This document shows, one piece after another, positions 1 through 6,449 of a stretch of 24,000 nucleotides of DNA. The DNA comes from Candidatus Parcubacteria bacterium (GTDB lineage: Bacteria > Patescibacteriota > Minisyncoccia > Phycocordibacterales > Phycocordibacteraceae), in NCBI GenBank assembly GCA_024654305.1, contig JANLIU010000041.1, positions 1 to 24,000 of the forward strand, given 5' to 3'. Both the position numbers and the translations under genes were made by a program. Under the pieces are notes generated by a model, which was not told where the DNA came from, made no database searches, and saw only the letters and a list, made by a program, of their open reading frames with translations. How positions within the stretch are numbered: the stretch's first letter is position 1; each line of letters begins with the position of its first letter.

Positions 1-135
1 GTGCATCACGCGGTCGAGTTTGATGATGCCCGTCGCCTTATCTATCTCATACTTATTATGAGACCCTTTCGGTATCTCGATGACGACGTTCATCTCTTCC
101 TTCGTGCCCGGGTCAATATCGTGCAGTAGGTTCAT
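1..135 (-). CDS. ppa: Inorganic pyrophosphatase (family I), N-terminal 45 codons; continues past the window start
   Basis: My translation of the minus strand from ATG at 135-133 gives [45 protein letters not shown]. The VVIEIPxGSxxKYEIDKxxGxxxLDR block is the hallmark N-terminus of soluble PPases. Too short to appear in the ORF track. Confidence 0.8.
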   Translation of the reverse strand, partial: MNLLHDIDPGTKEEMNVVIEIPKGSHNKYEIDKATGIIKLDRVMH

Positions 136-150
136 AGAAGCAAGTATAGC

Positions 151-1515
151 TCATTCGTCTTTCGCTTTGTCGCGATCTTCCTCTTTATCGGCGACGGTCT
201 CGTCGCCAGCTGGAAGTTCCGTGAGTTCCTCTTCAGCTGGAAGCTCGGTTACTTCCGGAATCACATTCTCAATGTTCTCGATACTCTCAGTCGGCATGAT
301 TCCAATCGCTTCAGCAGGTGATTCTTCAGCCGGCGCCATAGCAACCGTCTCACCATCGGACTCGGCGACTTCAGAACCGCCGGTAGAAATGATGTCGATA
401 TTCCAACCAGTGAGCTTCGCAGCGAGGCGCACGTTCTGACCGCCGCGCCCGATGGCGAGCGACTGCTCATCCTCGGCGACCGTCACGGTTGCGCGGTGGT
501 CGGCTTCATCAAGCACGACTTCTATCGGGGTGGCGGGGGAGAGAGCCTCCTTCACGAATTCTTTTGCGTCGTCGTTCCATTCGATGATGTCGATACGTTC
601 GCCACCGAGCTCGCTCATCACGGTAGAAACGCGCACACCGCGCTGGCCGACCAGTGAGCCGACCGGGTCCACATGAGGATCAGTCGAGGCGAGCGCTATC
701 TTAGTGCGGCTACCCGGCTCGCGCGCAAGTGCCTTCACTTCAATGGCGCCACTGGCAAGTTCGGGCGCTTCCATTTCAAAAAGCTTCACGACGAACTTCG
801 GATGTGCACGAGAAAGACGCAGGTACACGCCGCGGAAACCCTCGTCCACCGCATAAAGGTACGCGCGAATACGCTCACCCATGCGATACCGCTCGCCCGG
901 TATCTGCTCCTCGTAGGGAATGATGCCGGTCGTACGACCGAGGTCGACGAATATCGCCCCGCGCTCCATGCGTTGGACGATACCCGACACGATCTGGCCC
1001 TTCTTCTCGCCGAATTCCTCCATCATGGAGAGCTTTTCGGCCTCGCGCACCTTCTGGATGACGACCTGCTTGGCAGTTTGTGCGGCAATGCGGCCGAAAT
1101 CGTCCTGTGGTTCAAGCGGGAAAATAATTTCTTCGCCCACGGTGGCGCCGCGCTTAATGAGCTTCGCGTTCTCAAGAAGGATGTGCTTTTCCGTGTCGAA
1201 ACGGGGCAACTCACCCTCGGCGAGCTGTTCTTCATCGGCATGATAGGCATGCGTGTGCATATGTTCCTCGGGAATCTCTTCGCCCTCGGCAGGGAAACGC
1301 ACCGTTGTGTCGTCCACGACGGTTTTTACTTGTTCAAAGGAGATGGTGCCGGTATTGAGGTCGAGCTTTGCGTGGACGACTTGTCCGCGCTTGCCGTATT
1401 CGCGCTTGTAGGCGGTCGCCATCGCGCTTTCGATGGCTTCTATCATCGTCGGGCGGCTGATGCCCCGGTCCTCGAATTCCCCGAGCACTGCATTGATGGT
1501 TTTGAGGTCTATCAT
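151..1515 (-). CDS. nusA: Transcription termination/antitermination factor NusA
   Basis: ORF 151..1611 (-). S1 domain (SGIVQRMERGAIFVDLG), KH1 (VDPVGSLVGQRGVRV) and KH2 (LAIGRGGQNVRLAAKLTGWNIDI), followed by an acidic tail. Start trimmed to MIDLKTINAVLGE (ATG 1515-1513), because the upstream 32 codons run through the promoter and leader. Confidence 0.92.
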   Translation of the reverse strand: MIDLKTINAVLGEFEDRGISRPTMIEAIESAMATAYKREYGKRGQVVHAKLDLNTGTISFEQVKTVVDDTTVRFPAEGEEIPEEHMHTHAYHADEEQLAEGELPRFDTEKHILLENAKLIKRGATVGEEIIFPLEPQDDFGRIAAQTAKQVVIQKVREAEKLSMMEEFGEKKGQIVSGIVQRMERGAIFVDLGRTTGIIPYEEQIPGERYRMGERIRAYLYAVDEGFRGVYLRLSRAHPKFVVKLFEMEAPELASGAIEVKALAREPGSRTKIALASTDPHVDPVGSLVGQRGVRVSTVMSELGGERIDIIEWNDDAKEFVKEALSPATPIEVVLDEADHRATVTVAEDEQSLAIGRGGQNVRLAAKLTGWNIDIISTGGSEVAESDGETVAMAPAEESPAEAIGIMPTESIENIENVIPEVTELPAEEELTELPAGDETVADKEEDRDKAKDE

Positions 1516-1536
1516 ATGGATTGTGTATGTCGCTCT

Positions 1537-1562
1537 TTTTATAAAGAAAGCCCCGAAGGGGC
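1537..1562 (-). promoter_or_regulatory. Terminator-like hairpin in the nusA 5' leader (possible attenuator)
   Basis: The minus-strand RNA reads GCCCC-UUCG-GGGC followed by UUUCUUUAUAAAAAG. It lies between the predicted nusA promoter and the ATG at 1515. Confidence 0.45.
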
Positions 1563-1577
1563 AATCACGTGCGGGGA

Positions 1578-1605
1578 AGTATACCAGATGCTTCGTGCGC
1601 GTCAA
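1578..1605 (-). promoter_or_regulatory. Sigma70-type promoter for nusA
   Basis: Minus strand has TTGACG (1605-1600), a 16-nt spacer, then TATACT (1583-1578), about 60 nt upstream of the nusA ATG. Confidence 0.55.
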
Positions 1606-1626
1606 TAACACACCTAGAACACGGAC

Positions 1627-1653
1627 TTGACACTAAATCAACAATAGTATAAC
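1627..1653 (+). promoter_or_regulatory. Candidate promoter for the RAMP-like gene and possibly the whole downstream locus
   Basis: TTGACA (1627-1632), then TATAAC (1648-1653) after a short 15-nt spacer. Divergent from the nusA promoter. Confidence 0.4.
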
Positions 1654-1729
1654 ATTTCTCTCGGCTATATGGCATTCCGCCATCGTGCTTCAGTACCTTC
1701 AACCAACCTACAGACAAGGAGAAGTTCGC

Positions 1730-2341
1730 ATGAAAACGTTCAAAATCCGCTGTGCTGGTATCTCGCCCCTGCTGATGGACCAAATGTCGAAGGCAACTCT
1801 GGAGTCGCTCGCCACCGGCGTGCGCCTGCAGGTCGCCAAGGACCGTCCCGCCGAAGACGTCGCTAAGGAGAAAATCTACCGCGACCCGAACGGCCGCATC
1901 GCCCTCCCCGCCGAGATGCTCTTCGCTGCGCTCGTCGGAGCTGGCAGGAACGTCAAGATCGGCAAGAAAGGCGTCAGCACCGCGACCACCACCCAGCTCC
2001 CGGACTTCCTGTCCATCGCGGAGTCGCATCTGCCGCTCACCAACATCCCCGCGAACGCCAACGGTGCCGAGAAAGACTTCTGGGCCGCCGACATGCGCAA
2101 AGGGATGGGCTACAACGGCAAGACGCCGACCGCCGTCGCAATCATCCGGCCGAAGTTCCCGAACTGGGAATTCGAGGTCACGGTGAAGCTCGACGAGAAG
2201 AAAGCCGGGCAAGACACGGTGATGGCGCTCTTCCAGAACGCCGGCTCCACGCAAGGACTCGGTTCGTTCCGCCCGAACAAAAAAGGCATGTTCGGACGCT
2301 TCGAGGTCGCCGAGATGAAAGAAGTCAAAGCGGCCGCGTAG
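1730..2341 (+). CDS. Hypothetical 203-aa protein with RAMP/RRM-like sequence features (possible RNA-binding protein)
   Basis: ORF 1685..2341 trimmed to MKTFKIR (ATG 1730), which has AAGGAGAAG 8 nt upstream. N-terminal strand plus SPLLM, a LPAEMLFAALVGAGR segment, and a C-terminal glycine-rich loop GLGSFRPNKKGMFGRFEV. These resemble the Cas5/6/7 RAMP pattern, judged by eye only. Confidence 0.75.
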   Translation: MKTFKIRCAGISPLLMDQMSKATLESLATGVRLQVAKDRPAEDVAKEKIYRDPNGRIALPAEMLFAALVGAGRNVKIGKKGVSTATTTQLPDFLSIAESHLPLTNIPANANGAEKDFWAADMRKGMGYNGKTPTAVAIIRPKFPNWEFEVTVKLDEKKAGQDTVMALFQNAGSTQGLGSFRPNKKGMFGRFEVAEMKEVKAAA

Positions 2342-2360
2342 TAACTCGGCTCTGTCGGGG

Positions 2361-2394
2361 ACGGGGGTCGAAAGGCTCCCGTTTGTTTTTTATT
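2361..2394 (+). terminator. Intrinsic terminator after the 203-aa gene
   Basis: ACGGGGGUC-GAAA-GGCUCCCGU forms 9 bp (two G-U pairs) with a GNRA loop, followed by UUGUUUUUUAUU. Confidence 0.7.
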
Positions 2395-2448
2395 GCGTAC
2401 ATTACTGAAGAGCGAACTATCGTGCTCTATACGTCCACTAGACTGTCG

Positions 2449-2526
2449 AGCTGGGGCAAATGAAAATTTGTCCCGCTGTTCGGGAAATGTGTATTTCCCC
2501 TGATGAGCTCGAAAGAGCGAAAACAG
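2449..2526 (+). ncRNA. Hammerhead ribozyme H1 (type III) with 5' clamp hairpin
   Basis: AGC-U-GGGGCAAAU/AUUUGUCCC-GCU hairpin, then GUUC with predicted cleavage after C2481. Stem I GGGAAAU/AUUUCCC, core CUGAUGA, stem II GCUC-GAAA-GAGC, then GAAA-ACAG pairing with CUGU (stem III). Confidence 0.9.
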
Positions 2527-2584
2527 TGTTTCAATAGAGTCTTCTAGTGCTAACTTCATTTCAGTTACCTACAGTACTGTGCAG

Positions 2585-2690
2585 AGTTGGGAGTTCTTCG
2601 GGACTCCCACTGTTCTCCCGATGTGCGTCGGGACTGATGAATCCCCGCCTCCGTTCCACTTCGGACAGGCAGGCGAAAGGACGAAAACAG
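2585..2690 (+). ncRNA. Hammerhead ribozyme H2, variant with a 31-nt insertion in loop II
   Basis: Clamp AGU-U-GGGAGUUC-UUCG-GGACUCCC-ACU (AGU/ACU covaries with AGC/GCU). Cleavage predicted after C2615. Stem I UCCCGA/UCGGGA, core CUGAUGA. Stem II UCC...GGA carries an inserted hairpin (CGCCU...AGGCG), and position 10.1 is A opposite C. Confidence 0.6.
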
Positions 2691-2753
2691 AAATGTTCTG
2701 GTGCGAAGTATGGCACCCTGTTGTGTTGTAGCCTTAGCTCTTCTGAAGTGCAG

Positions 2754-2828
2754 GTCGGAGCTTGCTCCGACAACTTAAGTGCATTCTTACGAGCGCACTT
2801 AAGGCAGTGCTTTCGAAAGAGAGTGCTG
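2754..2828 (+). ncRNA. Module B copy B1: conserved three-hairpin RNA of unknown class
   Basis: Hairpin 1 GUCGGAGC-UUG-CUCCGAC. Hairpin 2 CUUAAGUGC...GCACUUAAG with an apical UUC-UUAC-GAG. Hairpin 3 GCAGUGCUUUC-GAAA-GAGAGUGCUGU. Confidence 0.7.
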
Positions 2829-2886
2829 TAATCCAGTTAACTACTATTCTCTGTTTTAGCCCGCTGTTCTCTCTGTTATTGTATAG

Positions 2887-2963
2887 AGCTGGGGATTCCT
2901 TGCGAATCCCCGCTGTTCGGGAAGTATGGGCTTCCCCTGATGAGCTCGAAAGAGCGAAAACAG
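2887..2963 (+). ncRNA. Hammerhead ribozyme H3 (type III) with 5' clamp hairpin
   Basis: Clamp GGGGAUUC/GAAUCCCC. Cleavage after C2918. Stem I GGGAAG/CUUCCC, CUGAUGA, stem II GCUC-GAAA-GAGC, GAAAACAG. Confidence 0.9.
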
Positions 2964-3061
2964 ATGTTCTAGAAATGAAAGAGTGGTAACGGCCTACACT
3001 CCGCTGTCCTAGGCTGGTCCAAACCACTGCTGACTAGAGTGTCTCCCCCACTCCACTACAG

Positions 3062-3136
3062 GTCGGGGCCTGCTCCGACACCTTAAGTAAATTCGAGGGA
3101 GTTTATTTAAGGCGGTGCTTTCGAAAGAGAGTGTTG
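3062..3136 (+). ncRNA. Module B copy B2
   Basis: Hairpin 1 GUCGGGGC-CUG-CUCCGAC. Hairpin 2 CUUAAGUAAA/UUUAUUUAAG, which covaries with B1. Hairpin 3 GCGGUGCUUUC-GAAA-GAGAGUGUUGC. Confidence 0.7.
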
Positions 3137-3196
3137 CAAATTAAAGTGTGTTCCGCTGGCCTGGTCCATTGTTCGTTTCTCCGGGGTCCACTAAAG

Positions 3197-3271
3197 GGCT
3201 GGGGATTTGTAAAATCCCCGCTGTTCCACGGATGTGAGTCCGTGCTGATGATTCCGAAAGGATGAAAACAG
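3197..3271 (+). ncRNA. Hammerhead ribozyme H4, variant with a U:U pair at 10.1/11.1
   Basis: Clamp GGGGAUUU/AAAUCCCC. Cleavage after C3226. Stem I CACGGA/UCCGUG (covaries). CUGAUGA-UUCC-GAAA-GGAU-GAAAACAG, so the usual G10.1-C11.1 pair is replaced by U/U and the copy may be impaired. Confidence 0.6.
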
Positions 3272-3328
3272 AATCCAGTTACGTGCAGTTACCTCAACTG
3301 TTCTCAAGTTTTCTCCCGTAGACTGCAG

Positions 3329-3406
3329 AGCTGGGATTCTCGCAAAAGAATCCCGCTGTTCGCGGAATGAATGTTCCGCCTGATGAGTCGGAAACGACGA
3401 AAACAG
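3329..3406 (+). ncRNA. Hammerhead ribozyme H5 (type III) with 5' clamp hairpin
   Basis: Clamp GGGAUUCU/AGAAUCCC. Cleavage after C3361. Stem I GCGGAA/UUCCGC, CUGAUGA, stem II GUCG-GAAA-CGAC, GAAAACAG. Confidence 0.9.
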
Positions 3407-3470
3407 ATATCGGCATGCTGTAGGCTTATGCGGAGTTCTCTGTAGTATGGTCAACTCCAGTACTGTCCCG

Positions 3471-3546
3471 GTCGGGGATTCGTCCCCGACACTTAAGTAA
3501 ATTCGAGAGAGTTTATTTAAGGCAGTGCTTTCGAAAGAGAGTGCTG
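3471..3546 (+). ncRNA. Module B copy B3
   Basis: Hairpin 1 GUCGGGGA-UUCG-UCCCCGAC. Hairpin 2 CUUAAGUAAA/UUUAUUUAAG. Hairpin 3 GCAGUGCUUUC-GAAA-GAGAGUGCUGU. Confidence 0.7.
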
Positions 3547-3610
3547 TGAATCAAGTGCCCCTGTGTACAGTATTGTATTCTGCGTTGCACCAAACTCGTG
3601 TGGAGTAAGG

Positions 3611-3686
3611 AGCTGGGGCGAAGTAATTCGCCCCGCTGTTCGCGAGATGTGAGTCTCGCCTGATGAGTCCGAAAGGACGAAAACAG
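3611..3686 (+). ncRNA. Hammerhead ribozyme H6 (type III) with 5' clamp hairpin
   Basis: Clamp GGGGCGAA-GUAA-UUCGCCCC. Cleavage after C3641. Stem I GCGAGA/UCUCGC, CUGAUGA, stem II GUCC-GAAA-GGAC, GAAAACAG. Confidence 0.9.
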
Positions 3687-3749
3687 AAATTAAGTTAAGT
3701 TATGTCGAGTTTAGTACACTAATCACCTCTGCTGCCAGGTTGAGTACAG

Positions 3750-3825
3750 AGCTGGGGCAAAGCAATTTGCTCCGCTGTTCGGAAGATGTATGTCTTCCCT
3801 GATGAGCTCGAAAGAGCGAAAACAG
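3750..3825 (+). ncRNA. Hammerhead ribozyme H7 (type III), immediately upstream of the helicase RBS
   Basis: Clamp GGGGCAAA-GCAA-UUUGCUCC. Cleavage after C3780. Stem I GGAAGA/UCUUCC, CUGAUGA, stem II GCUC-GAAA-GAGC, GAAAACAG. Ends 21 nt before the AAGGAG at 3847. Confidence 0.9.
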
Positions 3826-3859
3826 TTTTGATCTTTGAATCACTACAAGGAGAACTAAT

Positions 3860-5638
3860 GTGGAACATCTCGATCCAGTGCGGTTTTTCCCGCGCAATCG
3901 GTACTCGGCAGTGCTGGGTAATCAAAAGTCTGCATTCAACTTCATCAAAGAAAGCGCCGCGAGCATCCTGGTGCTTGAATGTCCGACGGGAACGGGTAAA
4001 ACCGCCATCGGCTATTCGTATCTGCGGGCCATGCTCGCAAGTGGAGTGAAGCAACCCTTCTACCTCGTGCCAAACAAGACGCTCGCCGAACAAGTGAAAG
4101 GGCTTCATCCTGATGTGCACGCGGTCTACGGGCGGAACGAGCATCCGTGCTTGTTCTATCCGGGAGAAAATCTGCGTGCCGACGAGATACCGTGCTCATT
4201 GCTTCAAGAATGCCCGCACCGCGTCAACCAGGAAACTGGCGAAACGAAGGAGTCGGACGCAGAACGCTGTCCGTACCTGCAACAAAAGTACGAAGCAAAG
4301 CAGGGCAGAGGCATTATCGTCGCAACGCACGCGTTCTACCTCTACTCGGTCTTCTTCGCGAAAGAGTTCGAGCCCGGAGCGGTCGTCATTGACGAAGCGC
4401 ACGGCATCGCGAAGTCTATCCGGTCGGTACTTGAATTTCATATTACCGACTGGAATCTGGGGCGAATGGTGGAGCTCTTAGCTACCATCCTCTCAAGCCA
4501 GGCCGAGGTGCTCGACACCTTCCGTAAGCGGATGATCGCAATCATCAAGGCCAAAGAGGCGTCTAAGAAGACGATTCTCGAGGCCGATGAGATCAGGGAA
4601 CTCCTTGACCTCACGAACGCAATCGATACGCGCGCGGTTGATGCCGAGATTCGGGCGGCCATAGCCGTTGGGCTGGTCGATCGGAAGAAAGACCGTCTAG
4701 CATTAAAGCAACTCGAAATTCTTGGCCGCGATCTACGGATGTACATGCGGTCGTTTGAGTTCGCTCTGCCTACCGAAGCACGCCACCCTCTCAACTTCAC
4801 CTTCGCTTTCTGGAAGCGCGAGCTCGAAGAAGGGAAGCGGGTTCAGTATGAACTCGTGGTGAAGTCGTATTACGTCGCACCGTTGGTGAAGAAGATGCTC
4901 CCCAAGAACGTGCTCGCCTACTCGGCGACTATCGGCAATCCGGAGATTTTCAGCCATGAGACGGGGATTAAGGGAGAGTTTCTTTCCCTGCCGTCCACCT
5001 TCTCGTCTGACAATACTCGGATATTCATGCCGACGGACACGCCGAACTTGTCGGTCAAGGAACGCAATCGTCGTGATAAGACGAAATCGCTTCGTATGAT
5101 CGCCAAAGCGTGTGCAACGTTTGCGAAGAAAGGCATCCGCTCGCTGGTCGTCGTCGCATCAAATGAGGAACGTCAAAAATTCCTCATGCTCGCAGTCGAG
5201 GAGGGTGTGAAAGCGCTTTCCTATGGCGAAGGAGTCACTCCGCGCGCATGCGCAAAGCGATTCCGCGAGGGTGAAGGCGATGTACTCGTCGGCACTGACT
5301 CGAATTACGGCGAAGGTGTGGATCTGCCGAAAGGCATCGCACCGGTCATCTTCTACTACCGCCCGAGCTATCCGCGCCCTGACGACCCTGCATCGGTCTT
5401 TGAGGAACAGCGCTTCGGCGGCCAGCGCTGGCATGTCTGGAATTGGCGGGTGATCATTGGTCTTTTGCAGGTCCGTGGTCGCAATATCCGCTCTGTTGAA
5501 GATACTGGGGTAACATTCCTGATATCTCAGCAGTTCCGGCGCTTCGCTTATGGTTCGCTCCCCGAGTGGCTCAAGCCGGCGTATGTCGGCGGCAAGACAT
5601 TCGAGGAGTGCGTGAAGGACACGGTCAAAATGTTATAG
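3860..5638 (+). CDS. XPD/Rad3/DinG-family SF2 helicase with a predicted 4-Cys Fe-S domain (592 aa)
   Basis: GTG start at 3860, 7 nt after AAGGAG. Walker A CPTGTGKT and DEAH box VIDEAHG. Four Cys lie between motifs Ia and II (HPC, IPC, ECP, RCP), as in XPD/DinG Fe-S domains. C-terminal motifs VLVGTDSNYGEGVDLP and LLQVRGRNIRSVEDTG. Confidence 0.85.
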   Translation: MEHLDPVRFFPRNRYSAVLGNQKSAFNFIKESAASILVLECPTGTGKTAIGYSYLRAMLASGVKQPFYLVPNKTLAEQVKGLHPDVHAVYGRNEHPCLFYPGENLRADEIPCSLLQECPHRVNQETGETKESDAERCPYLQQKYEAKQGRGIIVATHAFYLYSVFFAKEFEPGAVVIDEAHGIAKSIRSVLEFHITDWNLGRMVELLATILSSQAEVLDTFRKRMIAIIKAKEASKKTILEADEIRELLDLTNAIDTRAVDAEIRAAIAVGLVDRKKDRLALKQLEILGRDLRMYMRSFEFALPTEARHPLNFTFAFWKRELEEGKRVQYELVVKSYYVAPLVKKMLPKNVLAYSATIGNPEIFSHETGIKGEFLSLPSTFSSDNTRIFMPTDTPNLSVKERNRRDKTKSLRMIAKACATFAKKGIRSLVVVASNEERQKFLMLAVEEGVKALSYGEGVTPRACAKRFREGEGDVLVGTDSNYGEGVDLPKGIAPVIFYYRPSYPRPDDPASVFEEQRFGGQRWHVWNWRVIIGLLQVRGRNIRSVEDTGVTFLISQQFRRFAYGSLPEWLKPAYVGGKTFEECVKDTVKML

Positions 5639-5691
5639 AGTAGCGTTCTGTGTCGTGTCCTGCTCCTGTGGTTCTCTAACGTCACCTACGG

Positions 5692-5780
5692 GGCGGCCTC
5701 TGTCAGTAATGACATTGGTCGCCACTTAAGTGCATTCGCAAGAGTGCATTTAAGATAGTCCTTTTGCAAAAGAGGATTGC
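5692..5780 (+). ncRNA. Module B copy B4 (divergent, in the helicase 3' UTR)
   Basis: Hairpin 1 is replaced by the longer GGCGGCC...GGUCGCC enclosing GUCA-GUAA-UGAC. Hairpin 2 CUUAAGUGCA/UGCAUUUAAG with apical UUC-GCAA-GAG. Hairpin 3 UAGUCCUUUU-GCAA-AAGAGGAUUG has a different sequence but the same fold. Confidence 0.6.
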
Positions 5781-5862
5781 GAACGAAGTGTCGTGCTCTT
5801 TCGTCAAGTAAAATATTCAACTCTCTCGTGCATTGTCGTGACTTATCGCGAACTAATCTAAA

Positions 5863-5940
5863 GAGCTGGGACTTTCTCGTAAGGTCCCGCTGTTCGGGAA
5901 GTGTGAGCTTCCCCTGATGAGTCCGAAAGGACGAAAACAG
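5863..5940 (+). ncRNA. Hammerhead ribozyme H8 (type III) with 5' clamp hairpin
   Basis: Clamp GGGACUUU/AAGGUCCC. Cleavage after C5895. Stem I GGGAAG/CUUCCC, CUGAUGA, stem II GUCC-GAAA-GGAC, GAAAACAG. Confidence 0.9.
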
Positions 5941-6019
5941 CAAACATCGTTATCTATTCTGGTGTTTTCTGTTGCCAAGCGTCCTACTGTTGGACATCGT
6001 ACGCAATGCCACAGTGCAG

Positions 6020-6096
6020 GTCGGGACTTCGGTTCCGACACTTAAGTACATTCTCGTAAGTGTACTTAAGGCAGTGCTTTCTCAAGAGAGCGCCGC
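6020..6096 (+). ncRNA. Module B copy B5
   Basis: Hairpin 1 GUCGGGAC-UUCG-GUUCCGAC. Hairpin 2 CUUAAGUACA/UGUACUUAAG. Hairpin 3 GCAGUGCUUUC-UCAA-GAGAGCGCCGC (one A/C mismatch). Confidence 0.65.
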
Positions 6097-6153
6097 AAAT
6101 GTGGTTACGTGGACTAATGTCGAGTTCTCTTCACCAAGCTAGACCTCTCTACG

Positions 6154-6229
6154 GGATGGGGATTCGCGAGAATCCCTGCTGTTCGGGAAGTGTGCACTTC
6201 CCCTGATGAGCCGGAAACGGCGAAAACAG
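6154..6229 (+). ncRNA. Hammerhead ribozyme H9 (type III), clamp base slightly degenerate
   Basis: Clamp GGGGAUUC-GCGA-GAAUCCCU, with GGAU in place of AGCU at the base. Cleavage after C6184. Stem I GGGAAG/CUUCCC, CUGAUGA, stem II GCCG-GAAA-CGGC, GAAAACAG. Confidence 0.85.
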
Positions 6230-6303
6230 AGCATTACTCTAGAGTGAATTACAGTTCTGTATTGCACGGCTGACTCCACTGCGATAGTCTGTTCTACCCC
6301 GCA

Positions 6304-6381
6304 GGTCGGAACTCCGGTTCCGACAACTTAAATGTATTCGCGAGAGTACATTTAAGGCGGTGCTTTCGAAAGAGAGTGCTG
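6304..6381 (+). ncRNA. Module B copy B6
   Basis: Hairpin 1 GUCGGAAC-UCCG-GUUCCGAC. Hairpin 2 CUUAAAUGUA/UACAUUUAAG with apical UUC-GCGA-GAG. Hairpin 3 GCGGUGCUUUC-GAAA-GAGAGUGCUGC. Confidence 0.7.
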
Positions 6382-6449
6382 CAATCCACTTGAGTGTCCT
6401 AGTGTGGCGTTCTCTGCGTTTCTGTGAGTTCCACTTTTCTCCTGTATAG

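Noticed and set aside
673-2254. Long ORFs antisense to nusA (673..1608 +, 311 aa) and to the 203-aa gene (1565..2254 -, 229 aa)
   Set aside because: These are typical shadow ORFs opposite real genes in GC-rich coding sequence. Their composition is Arg/His/Gly-rich and low in complexity, they show no motifs, and the opposite-strand genes have clear homology or signals.
2393-2440. Dedicated promoter for array 1 between the terminator and H1 (TTGCGT ... AACTAT, or TGcTCTATA extended -10)
   Set aside because: All candidate hexamer pairs are weak or badly spaced. Transcription may instead come from read-through of the 2361-2394 terminator, so I did not annotate a promoter.
2860-2869. CCCGCTGTTC in the segment between B1 and H3 looks like the left half of a hammerhead cleavage site
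   Set aside because: No clamp hairpin precedes it, and no stem I, CUGAUGA or GAAA core follows. It is probably a decayed remnant or a chance occurrence of the GUUC motif common in these segments.
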